DNA of 63,994 nt, counting the filler, from Basidioascus undulatus (Eukaryota), in assembly GCA_000826855.1 (NCBI GenBank). It is 9 parts of 9 records of this genome, joined end to end, with 100 filler letters (N's around TTAATTAATTAA, not from the genome) between each part and the next. Parts side by side here need not be neighbours in the genome. Positions count along the whole stretch, not along the records: positions 1 to 6,794 come from JTLS01001674.1; positions 6,895 to 13,683 come from JTLS01001675.1; 7 more parts are not named here. One strand, given 5' to 3'. The first letter of the stretch is position 1. Each line of letters starts with the position of its first letter. Positions 1 through 12,242 of the stretch are shown here, piece after piece. A model generated the notes under the pieces. The model worked only from the letters and a program-made list of their open reading frames with translations. It ran no database searches and was not told where the DNA came from. A program made the position numbers and the translations under genes.

Positions 1-289
1 CCTCCCCCTCCTCCCACACAACCCCCACCCTCTCCCTCCACACGCCCAGTATCTCCTCCAACTGCTTGCCGCGCGCCTCCTCGAGCTGCTGCGCGCGCTT
101 CTGCGGGGCGCGCACGAGCGCGACGCGGTGGAGGTGGAAGATGAGCTTCTTGCTCAGCGCGGTGATGTCCCGCGAGGCCTTAATCAGGCGCTCGCGCTTG
201 TCGTTCGACGCGTCGAGGTAGGTGCGGAAGGAGGCGAATTGGGATTGGATGAGGGAGGCGCGGGGGGGGGGCGCGGAGGGGGAGGTCAT
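1..289 (-). CDS. TSNAX: Translin-associated factor X (TRAX), N-terminal part, cut by the window/contig edge
   Basis: Manual translation from ATG 289: MTSPSAPPPRASLIQSQFASFRTYLDASNDKRERLIKASRDITALSKKLIFHLHR, matching the TRAX 'RERLIKxSRDITxxSKKxIFxLHR' motif. Not in the ORF track. Confidence 0.88.
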   Translation of the reverse strand, partial: MTSPSAPPPRASLIQSQFASFRTYLDASNDKRERLIKASRDITALSKKLIFHLHRVALVRAPQKRAQQLEEARGKQLEEILGVWRERVGVVWEEGE

Positions 290-1019
290 GGTGTAGCCGG
301 GGAAGCTGAGACTGAGTGTGAAAGATCGGTAGGATGCGTGGTTCAGTGACTGCTCGTTTGCTTTTATGCTACAGTTCAACCCAGCTGAGGGGCTGGTGTT
401 GCTTTATGAGTGAGATGGGTGAGCAGGAAGACGAAGTCCGAGGGACGTCATTTTGCTTTGAGCTTATCGCACTGCGAGTCACCTCTGCAGCGGGCGATTG
501 CCATTCTATGGGCAAAACACCCCACACCCAGGACTGGTCGACCAGCTTGAAGAGGAGGAGAAGGAAAAATGCGGTAAATGAATCAATTCTGGTCGCATTT
601 TACCGTCTGTAGTCTCCAAACGGCCGTCCAACTGCGGTCGAATACCGCCCGCAGGGCAGGGCGGCGGCGCAACGAGCGCGACTGCATGCCTGAAGTAGAG
701 CAGGCTTAACTGTTTCAGACGGGCAACTTGTAGTTGCGCCTTCCCTCCTTCAATTCGAAGCGGGCCGAGGCATCCAGTCCTCCGGACGCGCCCCCAGTCG
801 AGAGCCTCGGCTGAACCCGTTGCAGTCAGGATGCCCAAGCACGACAGCACTGTGGGCAGTGCAAGAGTTCTGAGAGTTCAAAGGTCCAAATTGCAATCTA
901 AAAGATACAACATGAAAAGGACTGGTAGACTTTTTGATCAGTTATACTGGTGGACAGCCTGAGAGTCCCCAGTCCTGTTTTGAGGTTGTTGTATCACAGC
1001 ATTACATAGTACGCGAGTC

Positions 1020-2330
1020 TACAGCTTGCCCCCGTTATCCACCTCTGGTTCAGAGCCTCCAGCGGCGTATCGTGGGTTACCATGTGCCCCGCGTTGAGGA
1101 CCATAGCGTATGTGAGCGGACCGGACGTTTTGACTGTACCTGCAACTCTGCCGTCCACGGTCCAGTTGGAAGTTGGTGCGTCGAGGTAGTCGATTTGCCC
1201 GAACCAGAAGAGCGAATCTAGCCCTGTGTTGAGGTTTCAGAAATTGAACTGGTTTACAAGAAGGGTTTGAGGAAACATACAACGACTCTTTCCGAGGTAG
1301 TTGCATGCGCGTCGAGAACGCCGACGCTGTTGTCGCAAGAATGTATCAGCGCACAAATAAGCGGTTGCTATACCTGACATACTAAAACAACATCGAAACA
1401 TTACGGATTGTCAGAATTGGTGAGATAGCGGTGCAAACTGACGCAGACTCACCGCTTCGCTTCCAAACATCCCTCAAAATCACGAACGACCTTCATGCTG
1501 TGCCACCGCAGTGGTCCACCAGCCGGGTCGACACCGCGTTGCGCCCGCACGGCCGTGCTGTTGAGCAGGTTGAAGAGCCCGGCGTTTTCCCTCGCGTACA
1601 TGCCAACAGGCAACAAGACTACCAGTTGCCCACAGCCGCTCCCACTCCGTTCTCCCGGCTCTCCCATGCTTACTGGCCCAGGCAGGTCCATTTACGGTGA
1701 CCAAAAGGCGGTCCTGTAGCTCCCTGGACGAAATGTTCTCTGAAATAGCCAGCAAACAGACGTTCAAAAACAGGACGCGCCGGGGTTTAATGCACATATC
1801 GGCATTACTGCCAGAGGAGCAGAGGCTGGCTAGTCGAAGCATCAACGCAAGGAGATCGTTGTGAAGCTGCCGATCGATCACTTGGCCATTAATGCAGTGG
1901 ACCCAAATTTGATAAGTAGACTGAAGCAGAGAGTAAGCGAGGGCCGCACAAGTTCTTTCTCGATTTTTTTGAACTGACCGTCAGGAGTTTTGTGCTTCAT
2001 TGGGGGCGTTCCTGTTGTTCCTCTTGAACTTCTGAGGATGATAATGCCCGTAAAATGACGCAATCTAGTCTGCCTGATCCACTGCCGAGCCCTCGTCCTC
2101 TTGTCTCTCGTCAATACCTCGGTCTGTCGCATTCCGCACGATCTATGCGACGATCTCAGGCTGGGCAGCCGGAACAAGCGAGCATAAAAGGAAGCGCCCG
2201 TAAGCATCCTCACTCGCGACTTCCTCCAACCGGATAGCACTGTTTCTCTTACATGTTTACCGAAGACCCCTGATACAGATCCGCCACAATACTTACAAGT
2301 CTTCTTTTCAAGACTCTCTACACGATCATG
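1020..2330 (-). pseudogene. Serine carboxypeptidase (peptidase S10, CPY-like) pseudogene
   Basis: Minus-strand pieces in changing frames: LFNLLNSTAVRAQRGVDP (~1520-1580), VGVLDA/CNYLG (~1290-1325, frameshift), and LFWFGQIDYLDAPTSNWTVDGRVAGTVKTSGPLTYAMVLNAGHMVTHDTPLEAL (~1050-1220, catalytic-His AGHMV motif). Stops and frameshifts present; 5' limit approximate. Confidence 0.72.
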
Positions 2331-3781
2331 TCCCGCTATGATAACACTGCCCCTGGGTTCGAGGAGACTACGACAGACCATGTCATGAACCTTTCGTGCT
2401 GCCCTGACCTTCGAGCTTTGAGCCCGATAATCCCCCGAACTGATACAGATGGGTTTGTACAGTCCTTCCTGGCACTCACCACCACCACCAGACGCGTATC
2501 GGGCAGTCGGTGTCTGACAAGCTTGAGGAAGGAGGTGTGTCTCTCTCTTTGGCCTGCTTCGCAAGATCAATCACCACTCTTTCATGAGCTCCCGTCACTG
2601 ATGGATCTCTCATAATATAGGTACAGGGAAGTCGGTAACGAGGCGGACGACGACGGGTATTGCGCCTCGCGACAGTGGTGGGCCGCGCGGGGCGTCCCTT
2701 GACGGATATCAGTCTACTACCGGCCCACAATATGAGGGTTCGTACTACCCCTTTTCTGACGCTTCAATCCCACTTTGGATGAATCCGAGGGAGTCGGGGG
2801 GAAGCAGTCGCCACGGATGCCGCGGAGCAGCGTCACTGAGACTTCCAGGACCCGGATACACCGGGCGACGTTGGGCCGCGGCGCAGCGGGAGTCGTACAG
2901 CTCTAATCACAATAAGATGTATTACCTTTAACCTTAGATACTTGGGATATTCTTTGAACATGGGCCTGGATGGGCATCCGCTGTTGTGCCATGAAGATGT
3001 GCCTGGTGCTTTGAACGGGTTTACGAGTGCGTGTCCTCTCACCTCATCAGCGCGGCGCCCTCAACCGAGAGAAGAGGATTTATCAGAATCCTCAATATTC
3101 CATATCCTTTCTCTCGCAGTCAGCACACCGAGTTCGACACGACCGCCTCGACCGGACCCAACGGCTCGCGCAAGTGGACCGGGTACGGCGCGAACTCGAC
3201 GTCGGAAGCCGCCGAGCGGGGAGCGCAGGTTAGCAACACTTCCAACAGTAAGTTGTTCAAGACATCCTTAGCTTTACTAATCGCGCCGGCCGGGCTTATA
3301 ATGTGTGGGAGCAGCGGAACCCAGCTTGGCAGACAAATTGCAGGGTACGGCGGACGAGCTGTCTGGAAGGGCGAATGAGAACCCGGCCAAAGTCGCCCAG
3401 GGGGAAGTACTCAAGCATGGACGAAAGGATGCAATCTGAGATTCACATGGTGGAGACGGTGAATATAGACGATGGCGATAATTTAACGGCTGACACACTG
3501 CATGGAACTGGCTGTACGACTGAAGCGCCTGTCTGCTGTTTGCATACACTGGCACGGCGCGGCGCTGAAGAGAATGGGAGATCCGCCTTGTTTTGCTCAA
3601 GCGCACCATGTGACGGTTCGGATAGCATGAAAGCAGTTCCAGGTCGCGGTCTCATTGCAAGGCAGACAGGCTCCCACAGACGTCCATGAAAACAGTCTCG
3701 GCTGGCACATGCTTACACAACGGTACATCTGTCCAACTTCATACTACAAAAAGGACTCGAAGTTGAAAAAAACGCAATTTC

Positions 3782-3864
3782 TGTTGATGGGCGGAATGGA
3801 ACCGCTATCTTGTCGGGCTTGGGGCAACCACAATGACATGTACTGACCGTCATACTACACTGAC
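3782..3864 (-). pseudogene. tRNA-His(GTG) pseudogene with ~11-nt intron
   Basis: Reverse complement GTCAGTG TA GTAT GACGGTCA GTAC A TGTCA TT GTG G[ttgccccaagc]C CGACA AGAT AGCGG TTCCATT CCGCC CATCAAC A. Cloverleaf layout with mismatched acceptor and anticodon stems, T-loop TTCCA instead of TTCGA, and a T-run downstream. Confidence 0.7.
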
Positions 3865-4374
3865 ATGGTTTGCCTTTCCATCATGTGTATTTGCACCGAG
3901 CAATCTTTGGATTCGCATTACATTCACGACATTTGCCAGAACAGCTCCTCAGGCGTTATTATGACTGTAGTGGTCCGTTCTCTGCCCCGTACAAGCAACT
4001 AAACGAAGTCGAGGGAGCAGGCAGACAGCCGACTTTCCGCTTTGCTACCCCATCCCGATCCCCGTGCCGGGGACAAAGAAGTTGTGAGGCGAACTACTTG
4101 AAGAATCACGCAGCAATAAGCACTCTGCACGCACTCCGTCTGCCTCACGCTACTCCCACTCAGCCTGCCAAGCACGGCCACAGATGTTGGTCGGGTGAAT
4201 GGCGGGAGCGGCCGACGCCGTCCATACTCCAATTTCAAGCCCCAGCACCAGGAATACAAATTCAATGCGATGCGAAATGCAGATCCGATGCAGACAAACA
4301 CCAAGTGCGCCTCAATCATCAACCCAAAAAGAACAAAGAACACGCTTCCTCCTCTGCCATTCCCCATTCCAGCT

Positions 4375-6366
4375 CTATCGACTCGGGCTCGGCGCACGAC
4401 TCGTGCTCCTGCTGCCGGCCCTACTTGAACCTCCACCGCCACTCATCCAAGCTGAGAACCTGCTGCTGCTCCGACTCCGACTCGCGTTTCCGCTCCCACT
4501 CCCGCCGTCCTCCCTGTTCCTACTCCCCTCCCGATCCGTCCTATTCCTCTCCACGCTCGGCTCGCGCGAGCTCGCCGGCGTACAGTGCCCCGAAGCGGAG
4601 CGCCATCCCGCCCGCGGCTCAATGCTCGGCTCTCTCGATCCGGACGGGGTAGACGAGGGCGTCGCGCGCCAATCGGGCTGGGCCGGCCGGCCGCGGTACT
4701 CTTCCTCGGCCTTGCGGCGGCGGAGCTCGTCCGGCGTGAGAATGCCGGATGAGGAGGAGGGGGAACCGAACGCGCGGAAGGGGTCGTCCGTGGGGTTTAG
4801 GGAGTGCGGGGTGTGTGCAGGAGAGGCGGTGGAGGAGTGCGCGGTCTCTTTCGCTATGAGGCGCTCTAGGGGCTGGGTGGGGTAGCGACGTTAGTCGGGA
4901 GGAGGGAGGGAAAGAAAAGGGGAAAGGGTAAGCGGGAAGGAGGAAAGAAGACGTACTTGACCGCACGCGCATTCGTAGATCTCTTCTACCGGCGGGGCGA
5001 CGACTGAATAGGGCGGGAGGGTGATTGAGTCTAGGGAGCAGACGCACTGTTTTCCCTCCCCAAACCAAGTGAGTGAGTGTGAGCCTCAAAGGGAGGCAAG
5101 ACGAAGGGGATAGGGGGAACGGGAACAGAAAAAAAAAAGAGACGCACGGAAGGAATGTGGATCGGCCGCTTGATGGAGACGACCTTCATCCGGGACGCGG
5201 GGGGCTCAGCTGGCGCGTCCGGATGTTGTCGAGGAGAAGGAAGAGGGGGCGGGGGCGGGGAGAAGTAGAGTTCGACAAGGAGGTGGTGCTCTATTACGAT
5301 ATCGGTCTCGGGCGTCTTGACTGTGCTCGGCCTGCGCTTCCCCAAAAGCGAGATGCCATAAGTTTTCCCGAATGGCCTCAGAAGGCGACGGGGAGATGAA
5401 CCAACGCACCTCGCATGATCGTCGTCCGGCACCCTGGCAACCCACTCGTGCTCCCACTCCTCGCTCTCGGGGCCCACAGCGTGCAGCGGCGCAGCGCTCC
5501 GGCTCCCGAGTTGGAGGATGCGCGAGGTCTGCACGGGCGTCGTCTCTGAGTGGCCGGGGCGCGCGCGAGAGTGGAGGGTAATCGTCTGGAGGAGGGATAA
5601 GTGGATCGCGTGCAGGATTGCGTGTGCGGGTGGGGAGATGAGCCGGACGGCGAAGTGCAGGGGCCCGCCGATGGTGAGGTGCGAGGTGGAGAGGGAGAGC
5701 GAGAACGGCTGGAGGAATCCCAGAGTATGATATGATGTGAAAACATGAGGAGGAAGGGAGGGAATGGAGACTTACCCCGATGCCATCGACCATCTGCTCA
5801 TGCCGCCACTCAAGACTGGTCGGCCCGCCTTGCGGATCAGGGTTGATGACAAGCAGAATCTCTTTGCTCGTCTCGATGTCCCGCCCCAGCACGCCCGCGC
5901 CGATCGCGCGCGCGCGCACATGGTAGAACACGCGCCCGTACGGCGAGCGCTCGTACCCGGGCGTCGAGGAGGGGATGATGAAACTGAATTCGAATCTGCT
6001 CGCGCTCTCATCAGCCAAAACAGACCGGAATCGAAAAAAAATCCCGGATTGGACGCACTTGTGTTTCCCTTTCTCCAGCGTCTGCCTCGACTCGTCCCTG
6101 CCAATCTCCACGACCTTGTCCATCACGTCCCACTGCTCCCACCCGCCGCTGGGAAAGTTCATGGTCTCATTCCCCATGAGGCGGACCTCGATACCGCCGA
6201 TCTTGCTCGCGCGCGGGAGGGAGAGCTCCACGGTTCCGCGCAGGACATCCTCGTCGTTGGACGTCGGCGGCGCGGGGTCGTCCGAGGGCGGCGTTGGATG
6301 CAGGAAGACGATGTACGAGTGCAGCGAGAGCTTGAGCGTCGGGAGAGAGAATAGTTTCGAGGCCAT
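4375..6366 (-). CDS. Alpha-arrestin (ART-like) adaptor, ~6 exons
   Basis: LRGTVELSLPRASKIGGIEVRLMG, FEFSFIIPSSTPGYERSPYGRVFYHVRARA (arrestin-N); RPSTVKTPETDIVIEHHLLVELYF; LPPY (PY motif); Ser/Arg-rich tail to TAG at 4375-4377. GT-AG introns restore the frame. Confidence 0.8.
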
Positions 6367-6794
6367 CGTCACATAGGGAGCCGGTGGGAGGATATGTGAG
6401 TGGGGACGGCCTGAGAGGGAGTCTAGGGGAAGCTGAAGGAGTTAAAGGGAAGACGGAAGCGAGAAGACAGGCACGGTCCACGGTCCATGCCTCACTGACT
6501 CGGGCCTCGACCATTGCACCAGATGACTTTATTCTACGTCCCCGCGGCGTCAATTTACAGCTCCATCCACTCTTTGAGCTGGCGAACTGGCGAACTCTCT
6601 GTAAACACTTTTTTATCAACAAAGCACAGGACCGCTTTAGGCTCTTGTTATGTCTGTAGCTCTGAGCTAGAATAAGGGCTGGTTCAAAGCTGCATTGCAG
6701 ACAGTTTGTCAATCAACTGTCAGGATCCGGCAGAGCGAAGCAGACCGCAACGGGGGCTACCCGGGGCTTGTGGGGGCAATGGTTGATTACGAGA

Positions 6795-6894
6795 NNNNNN
6801 NNNNNNNNNNNNNNNNNNNNNNNNNNNNNNNNNNNNNNTTAATTAATTAANNNNNNNNNNNNNNNNNNNNNNNNNNNNNNNNNNNNNNNNNNNN
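6795..6894. other. Artificial contig spacer
   Basis: N44-TTAATTAATTAA-N44, stop codons in all six frames. Confidence 0.98.
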
Positions 6895-8159
6895 AGAGAC
6901 CTTGGGCTGTCGCTGTCCGTGACGAGACCGGTGGATGCTCCCTCAGCCAATACGCTAGCCTCGCCCACGAAGCACGGCCGCCTGCGTACACTACCGTACT
7001 TCCCAGCCTGGCCCTGCCTCAAAACCCCCCTTTCTCCACTCTACCCAGCGGATTCCTAGTTGATTCGGAGCGGGCAGTCCTCCTTCCAGTGCTCCCCGGC
7101 GCAGTCACAGCAAGACCGTGACCGATCGTGCGGCATGCCCTGCTCAGACGGAACTCAGCTATTACTGAGACGCACAGACGGATCATTACGAGAGTGGGGC
7201 GAAGTATGACGATGTGGTAAGGAGGTGTATACCAGCCGCGGGACGGAAAAACTCTGGCTGGAGAGGAAGATGAGAGGAGCGAAAGGGTGGGAGGAAGGAG
7301 AGCACGAAGACGCACAGTCACGACCCATGTGCTTGAGTTACTTCTGAAGCTTATAATAATTGTGAGCTACGGAAGTTCCGAGGCTGACGTTGAAGTGCGA
7401 TGGGTTACGGACTTTGGAGAAATGCCCGGCATTGCCGCCTGCAAGTGAGTGCAAGTGACGCGGCATTGACAAATCAGCGCGCTCTCAACTTCATTAATAC
7501 TCAAGGCTGGATGGACGTACAGACATCGTGCATAGAGTTATGAAAAAGAAGAAATATTGAGCACTGGCACTTTGAGTGTTTGTCAATCGCGTCATAAGCC
7601 AAGCACTACTCACGAGTTGCGCATTGCTTGCCGGCTGTTTCTCAAAGCCACTCGCTATGCTCTGTCCTGGCTGAACATACCCCCATTGGTAGTGCTTCTC
7701 ACCCGTTAACCAAAAATACGTTGCTCATAGATATCAAGGAGTGCAGAAGCTGCTCAACCATGAAGAACATTCAGCAGCTCACGACCGAGTTTGTGGGCAA
7801 GAGGCGTGTCTGTAATGATATGCACTGAAGTCCAGTCAGAGCGCAGACGATGGAGACGAGATAACATGAGGACTGTACATACATATGTACCTGAAAGTGG
7901 CGGAGAGGTGAATCAACGGATTGCTCGTTTCGCAAGGCATCAAGGTGAGCGAGTCAATGCCCTCGCAACTCTCCCCACCTGCAGACAACAATGAGCTCTG
8001 CCATTGAACAATAATTAAAGGCCACCAGTCTAGACTATCCGGAAATATGTGCTGTAGCCCACTGAATACTTGCCTGTCAGTCTGCTCTGCATCAGCGAGA
8101 GAAGCGAGGGTGGGGCATTTCGAACTTGTCGAGAAGTATCAGTACTTCATGATTATATG

Positions 8160-8970
8160 TTAGGGAAGCTGTGAGCGGGCGGAGTGGATGGGGTACCAGT
8201 GTTTCGCGTTCAAGCAGCGGAGGCGGTGAAGAAGCAAGAAGAAGCCAACCATGCTCGCGTTGGAGCTTGCAGTACTGTTACCCTTATTAACCTCTCGGAG
8301 AGGGACATGGCCGAAGTCGATCTGGGGGCATAAGACTAGAAATGGACTGTGGGGTAATAGATCTAAGCTTCTTAAGGTTTCGAAAGGACGAGCTCGGCGA
8401 GTCGACTCTAGACTAGACAAAACGGAGGTAACGTCCAGCTCGAATGAGATTCTCTAGCTTAGCGAGCAGCGTAGGAGTTCTGCGCGTCATAATGATCGAA
8501 GTCGATGTTTAGCTTCTTCAGGCTGGTGAGGGATAAGAGTGTCGCTGCTAGCGTGCGAGGCAAGCTGAAGCCGGCGATGGTGAGAGTATGGAGACCGGAC
8601 ATGTTGCTCAAGATGGTGATAATCTCGGAGACCTCCGCTTGTCCCCCCAAGTAACCTGCTTTAAAAACTCTATCATGCGAGGAAGTGCGTACTTCAGCAA
8701 GCGGAACATCGGCCCAACGCAGGACAGCGGGACGCCACCTACGCACCGGACAACTTGGCCGAGACGGTCATCCTGTCCCAACCAGGCCCTGGAAGCCGGA
8801 GTGCCTTCCTTGATGGAACACAACATCATGGTGGATGGTGATAGCTCAGAACTGGGAACGTAATCGAGTTCAGGTGACAAAAGAAGACGAGGAACAGCGC
8901 GCGGCGCGAGTCGGCGTACTGGGCGACTTTGGTGAGCAGCTCGGACGGCAGGCTGAGCAGCGACGTTGCA
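8160..8970 (-). pseudogene. F-box/LRR (RNI-like) pseudogene
   Basis: SLLSLPSELLTKVAQYADSRRAL (F-box-like), then frameshifted LRR-like ILSNMSGLHTLTIAGFSL and LLSLTSLKKLNIDF, with in-frame stops. Confidence 0.55.
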
Positions 8971-9334
8971 GGGTTGCAGGAGATATGGGAGTGGGCAGAT
9001 GCATGAGCTGGAGCGAACTGTAGAGTATGAGAAGTGCGCCGTTTGAGATGATGATGGTGAGCTGTGAGGGGCGGCGCCGGCGATCGTTCCGTTGAGTCCC
9101 GTTCACAGTGGCTCGCCTGATATCCTTCGCCGCCTTATCCACATTTTATGCTGCTATGTGGCCACATTTCAAACATTCTCCTCCCTCTTCGTGAATGACC
9201 TGTTTTTGACAGTTACAATCTGGCAGTGACTAACGACTGACCCGGGGCCTTTTGTTTACAGTCGTCGGTTTGCGAGATTTCTACCATTATATGAATCCAA
9301 ACGTTCTGTGAACCCACCGGGATTTTTCAGAGCC

Positions 9335-9900
9335 TCAAAAGAAGCTCTCCGAAGTCTCAGGAGGAGCTGTTCCTTTCGGGTGCAATGATCTCGCGTCCAC
9401 TAACGTGAGCGTTTCTTCCCCAAACAAAACCCTTGGTACTGGACCGAGCAAGATCTTCTCCGTTATTTCCAACATCTGTAAAAAAAAAAAAAAAAATTGT
9501 TTGTGGATAATCCGCACTCAGGCGGCTGAGGCTTGAACCTCGACACTGCATTTGCCAACTTGTCTTTCCACAATATCTTATCTGCGTCAAGGACACATAC
9601 AAGTATGATTGAGGCTCAATTAAACTATGTACTTGCAGCGGAACACGACGTTTTTGGGGGGTGGGGCTGGGGGACTGAACACTTTAGAGATGGGTGTAGT
9701 GGGAAGGGCGATAGCTCTGTAGAGCACGGCCGTGGCAAGCCCCCTGAACGATCGAGAGACGAGGGGGAGCGGGGCCAGGTCCGAAAGAGCATACGCATCT
9801 CGAATGTAGGCGCTTGGATGCGATGGGTTAACAGACCTCATCGATGATGAGCCTGTGAACATCGAGCGGGAGCTCTGGCACGGGTATGGTGGTGGTAGCG
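9335..9900 (-). pseudogene. F-box protein pseudogene
   Basis: PELPLDVHRLIIDEVC*, then in another frame LSDLAPLPLVSRSFRGLATAVLYRAIAL, typical of basidiomycete F-box N-termini; disrupted. Confidence 0.55.
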
Positions 9901-10187
9901 AAGACGGATGAGCGGAGCTCGATTTGAGATCGAAAGCGCGACGACGTGCACGTGGTAAGAAGCGGGTTGGACAAGAAGCACTGCTTCAACCAGTGGGGGT
10001 GGAAGGCTGCAGAGGTATGGACACCGGCTGGAAACTTCATGAGCAGAGGTGGGTAACGGGAAGGAGGTCAAGGTGAGAAAAGTGCATACGGGAACGGGCC
10101 CACTTCAGTCCGTCAGTGCTGGTCTGGTCAAGTCTGGTACGGCTTTGCAGCCATACACAGCAAAAGCGAGCCATAGAGCAAAGTGTA

Positions 10188-11480
10188 TCATCGCAACAAC
10201 CAGCTCCGCTCCTCCCAGAACGCGTCCCTGATCAGGTCGACGTGCAGCACGACGACCTTCCCCCGCGTCCCGTCCTGCTCCGCTGGCTTCTTCTCCTTCT
10301 TTTTCCGCATCCTCCGATTATCGGGCGTCAGCTGGGCGGAAGGATCGGGAGACGGAGTGACTGCAGGATCGGAGAGGGTTGTTGCGGAGACGGCGAGGGC
10401 GTCGGGCGCGGGGGATGGTGAGGGCTCGGGCGCAGGATAGGCGGCCGAAGGGGTGTCGATTGAGGTGCTGGGAGGTGGATTGGAAGCGTCGTCCTGCATT
10501 GACAAGGGGTGTGAGCGTGAGGAAGGGAACCGTCCAAACCTGGGTCACTCCGACGCACCTCCTCCTGTACCCGGACCAAAATGCTCCCCTTCTTGAACAT
10601 ATCGGGCTCGGCGTTATAGTTGATCCCGAAGCGCTGGTGGAGGATGTTGTGCTTCTGTGACGACACAGTTCCCTGCAGATTCCCCCAATTAAGCTCGAGT
10701 GACCAGCGAGCGAAGACATGCGGTGGACTTGCCCGCAGCTCCGCGTGCGCGTCTTTCGTGCTCAGCCCGCCCTGCTGACAGAGCGCCCAGAATGTCGTGT
10801 TGTAAAGGTTGTTGATGTGGGCTGTTTCCCATCCACATTCACACTCAGTCAGTTTACGAGGTGCTCGGTAAAGGCGCATCTTGACGTGACTCACTGTCGA
10901 CCTGCCGCCACGCAAAGTAATCCCGGACCTCCTTCGCCGAGGGATATACAACGACACGCCCGTCAAAGCTGGGCGGGTACCGGAGCTCCGAGTCAGGGAA
11001 GAACGTCCGCCAGTGGAAGACATAGGACGAGGTGAAGAGGGAGACGATGGCGGTGACGATTTTGGCGGAGCGGCGGGAGTAGAGCATCGAGCGCGGGTGG
11101 ATCAGGAAGCTGTGAGTCTGGGTCAGGCGCTTTTCCTAGGGGAATTTGTGGGTACAGGATGGGGGAAGAGGTACCTGTACTCGTCGCTCTCCCCGAACGC
11201 GAGCGTCACGTCCGCGATCTCGTCCATGACTGTCTGCGCCGCGCGGTTCATAAGTCCCAGACCGCGCACGTCGTTCGGCTTGATGAACGCATGGGCTTCA
11301 GAGAACCTTCGAGGACGAGCGAAAGTTTGAATGAGCAAAATATCATCATCGACTCGAAAGCGAGCGAGCGAGGTACTTGTGAAACGCCCGTCCGTCGATA
11401 CGGACTACTAGGAACGTCGAAGGTAGAAGCGCATCGGGCAACTCGAATGAGCGCACGTAGCCGTAGCGAGAGTTCGCCAT
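10188..11480 (-). CDS. THG1: tRNA(His) guanylyltransferase
   Basis: [107 protein letters not shown]; 6 exons. Confidence 0.96.
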
Positions 11481-12138
11481 GGCTCGAAAATTGAAGGTCA
11501 GTGGATTGAAGAGACGGTTAGTGGGGTGTGAGGGTTGATGTGAAGGAAGAAACGAAATTGGCGTTGAAGTCGCTGCCGAGCCGGCCCTGAGGGGGCAATT
11601 GGGGGTGTGGCGCCAAAGTACTGTGCTCGCTTGGTCAGAACTTTGAGAACCACATACCTGATTTTGTGGTGTGTGCAGTGGGTTCCGAAGCGTGCAGGGG
11701 AGGAAAATTGGTCTTGATGAAAGACGCGAGGTTTTCGGGACGTCCGCTTTGGTTCATTATTGTGGTGGATCCACGTGCCTATTGAAGTCTTGAACGCGGT
11801 TGTCGATGATGGATCCCAGGTGGATTTGTGAAAGAATTGGTATGGGTGCTTCTTGAAATTCACTAGAAACATCAAGTTGCCTGACGGTACCGTTGGCCCG
11901 AAAAAGAGTGCATCAAATTTGTACTAGGTGTTACATTTCATGTCTTCCTGCTTGAGTACATGCACAGCTTTTCATTGTTAAGATTACGTCAACCAACGCA
12001 ACAACGGACTTGAATAATGCGCACTTCACCTTTCGTTGAGATGAACGATGGACCAGGGGACCTCCGCAAACCTCCGCCTTGGTGTGTGAGGTAGGACAGG
12101 GAGTAGGTGTGGACGTAGAACAGACTGGCGAACGTGGT

Positions 12139-12242
12139 GAATGAATAAATGAATAAATGAATGAATGAATGAATGAATGAATGGATGAATGGATGAATGA
12201 ATGGATGGATGGATGAATGAATGGATGGATGGATGAATAATA
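12139..12242. repeat. Compound (ATGA/ATGG/ATAA)n tetranucleotide microsatellite
   Basis: gaatgaataaatgaataaatgaatgaatgaat...atggatggatggatgaat. Confidence 0.92.

Noticed and set aside
6795..6894. TTAATTAATTAA palindrome recurring at ~6.8 kb intervals (8 times)
   Set aside because: Always flanked by 44 N each side. It is a synthetic six-frame-stop spacer, and the periodicity reflects contigs roughly sorted by length.
7040..7330. CCDCAGEHWKEDCP zinc-knuckle-like peptide on the minus strand
   Set aside because: Non-canonical spacing, followed by a stop; no consistent gene or gag model could be built.
3782..11480. tRNA-His copy near THG1 as a functional pair
   Set aside because: They lie on different contigs separated by an artificial spacer.
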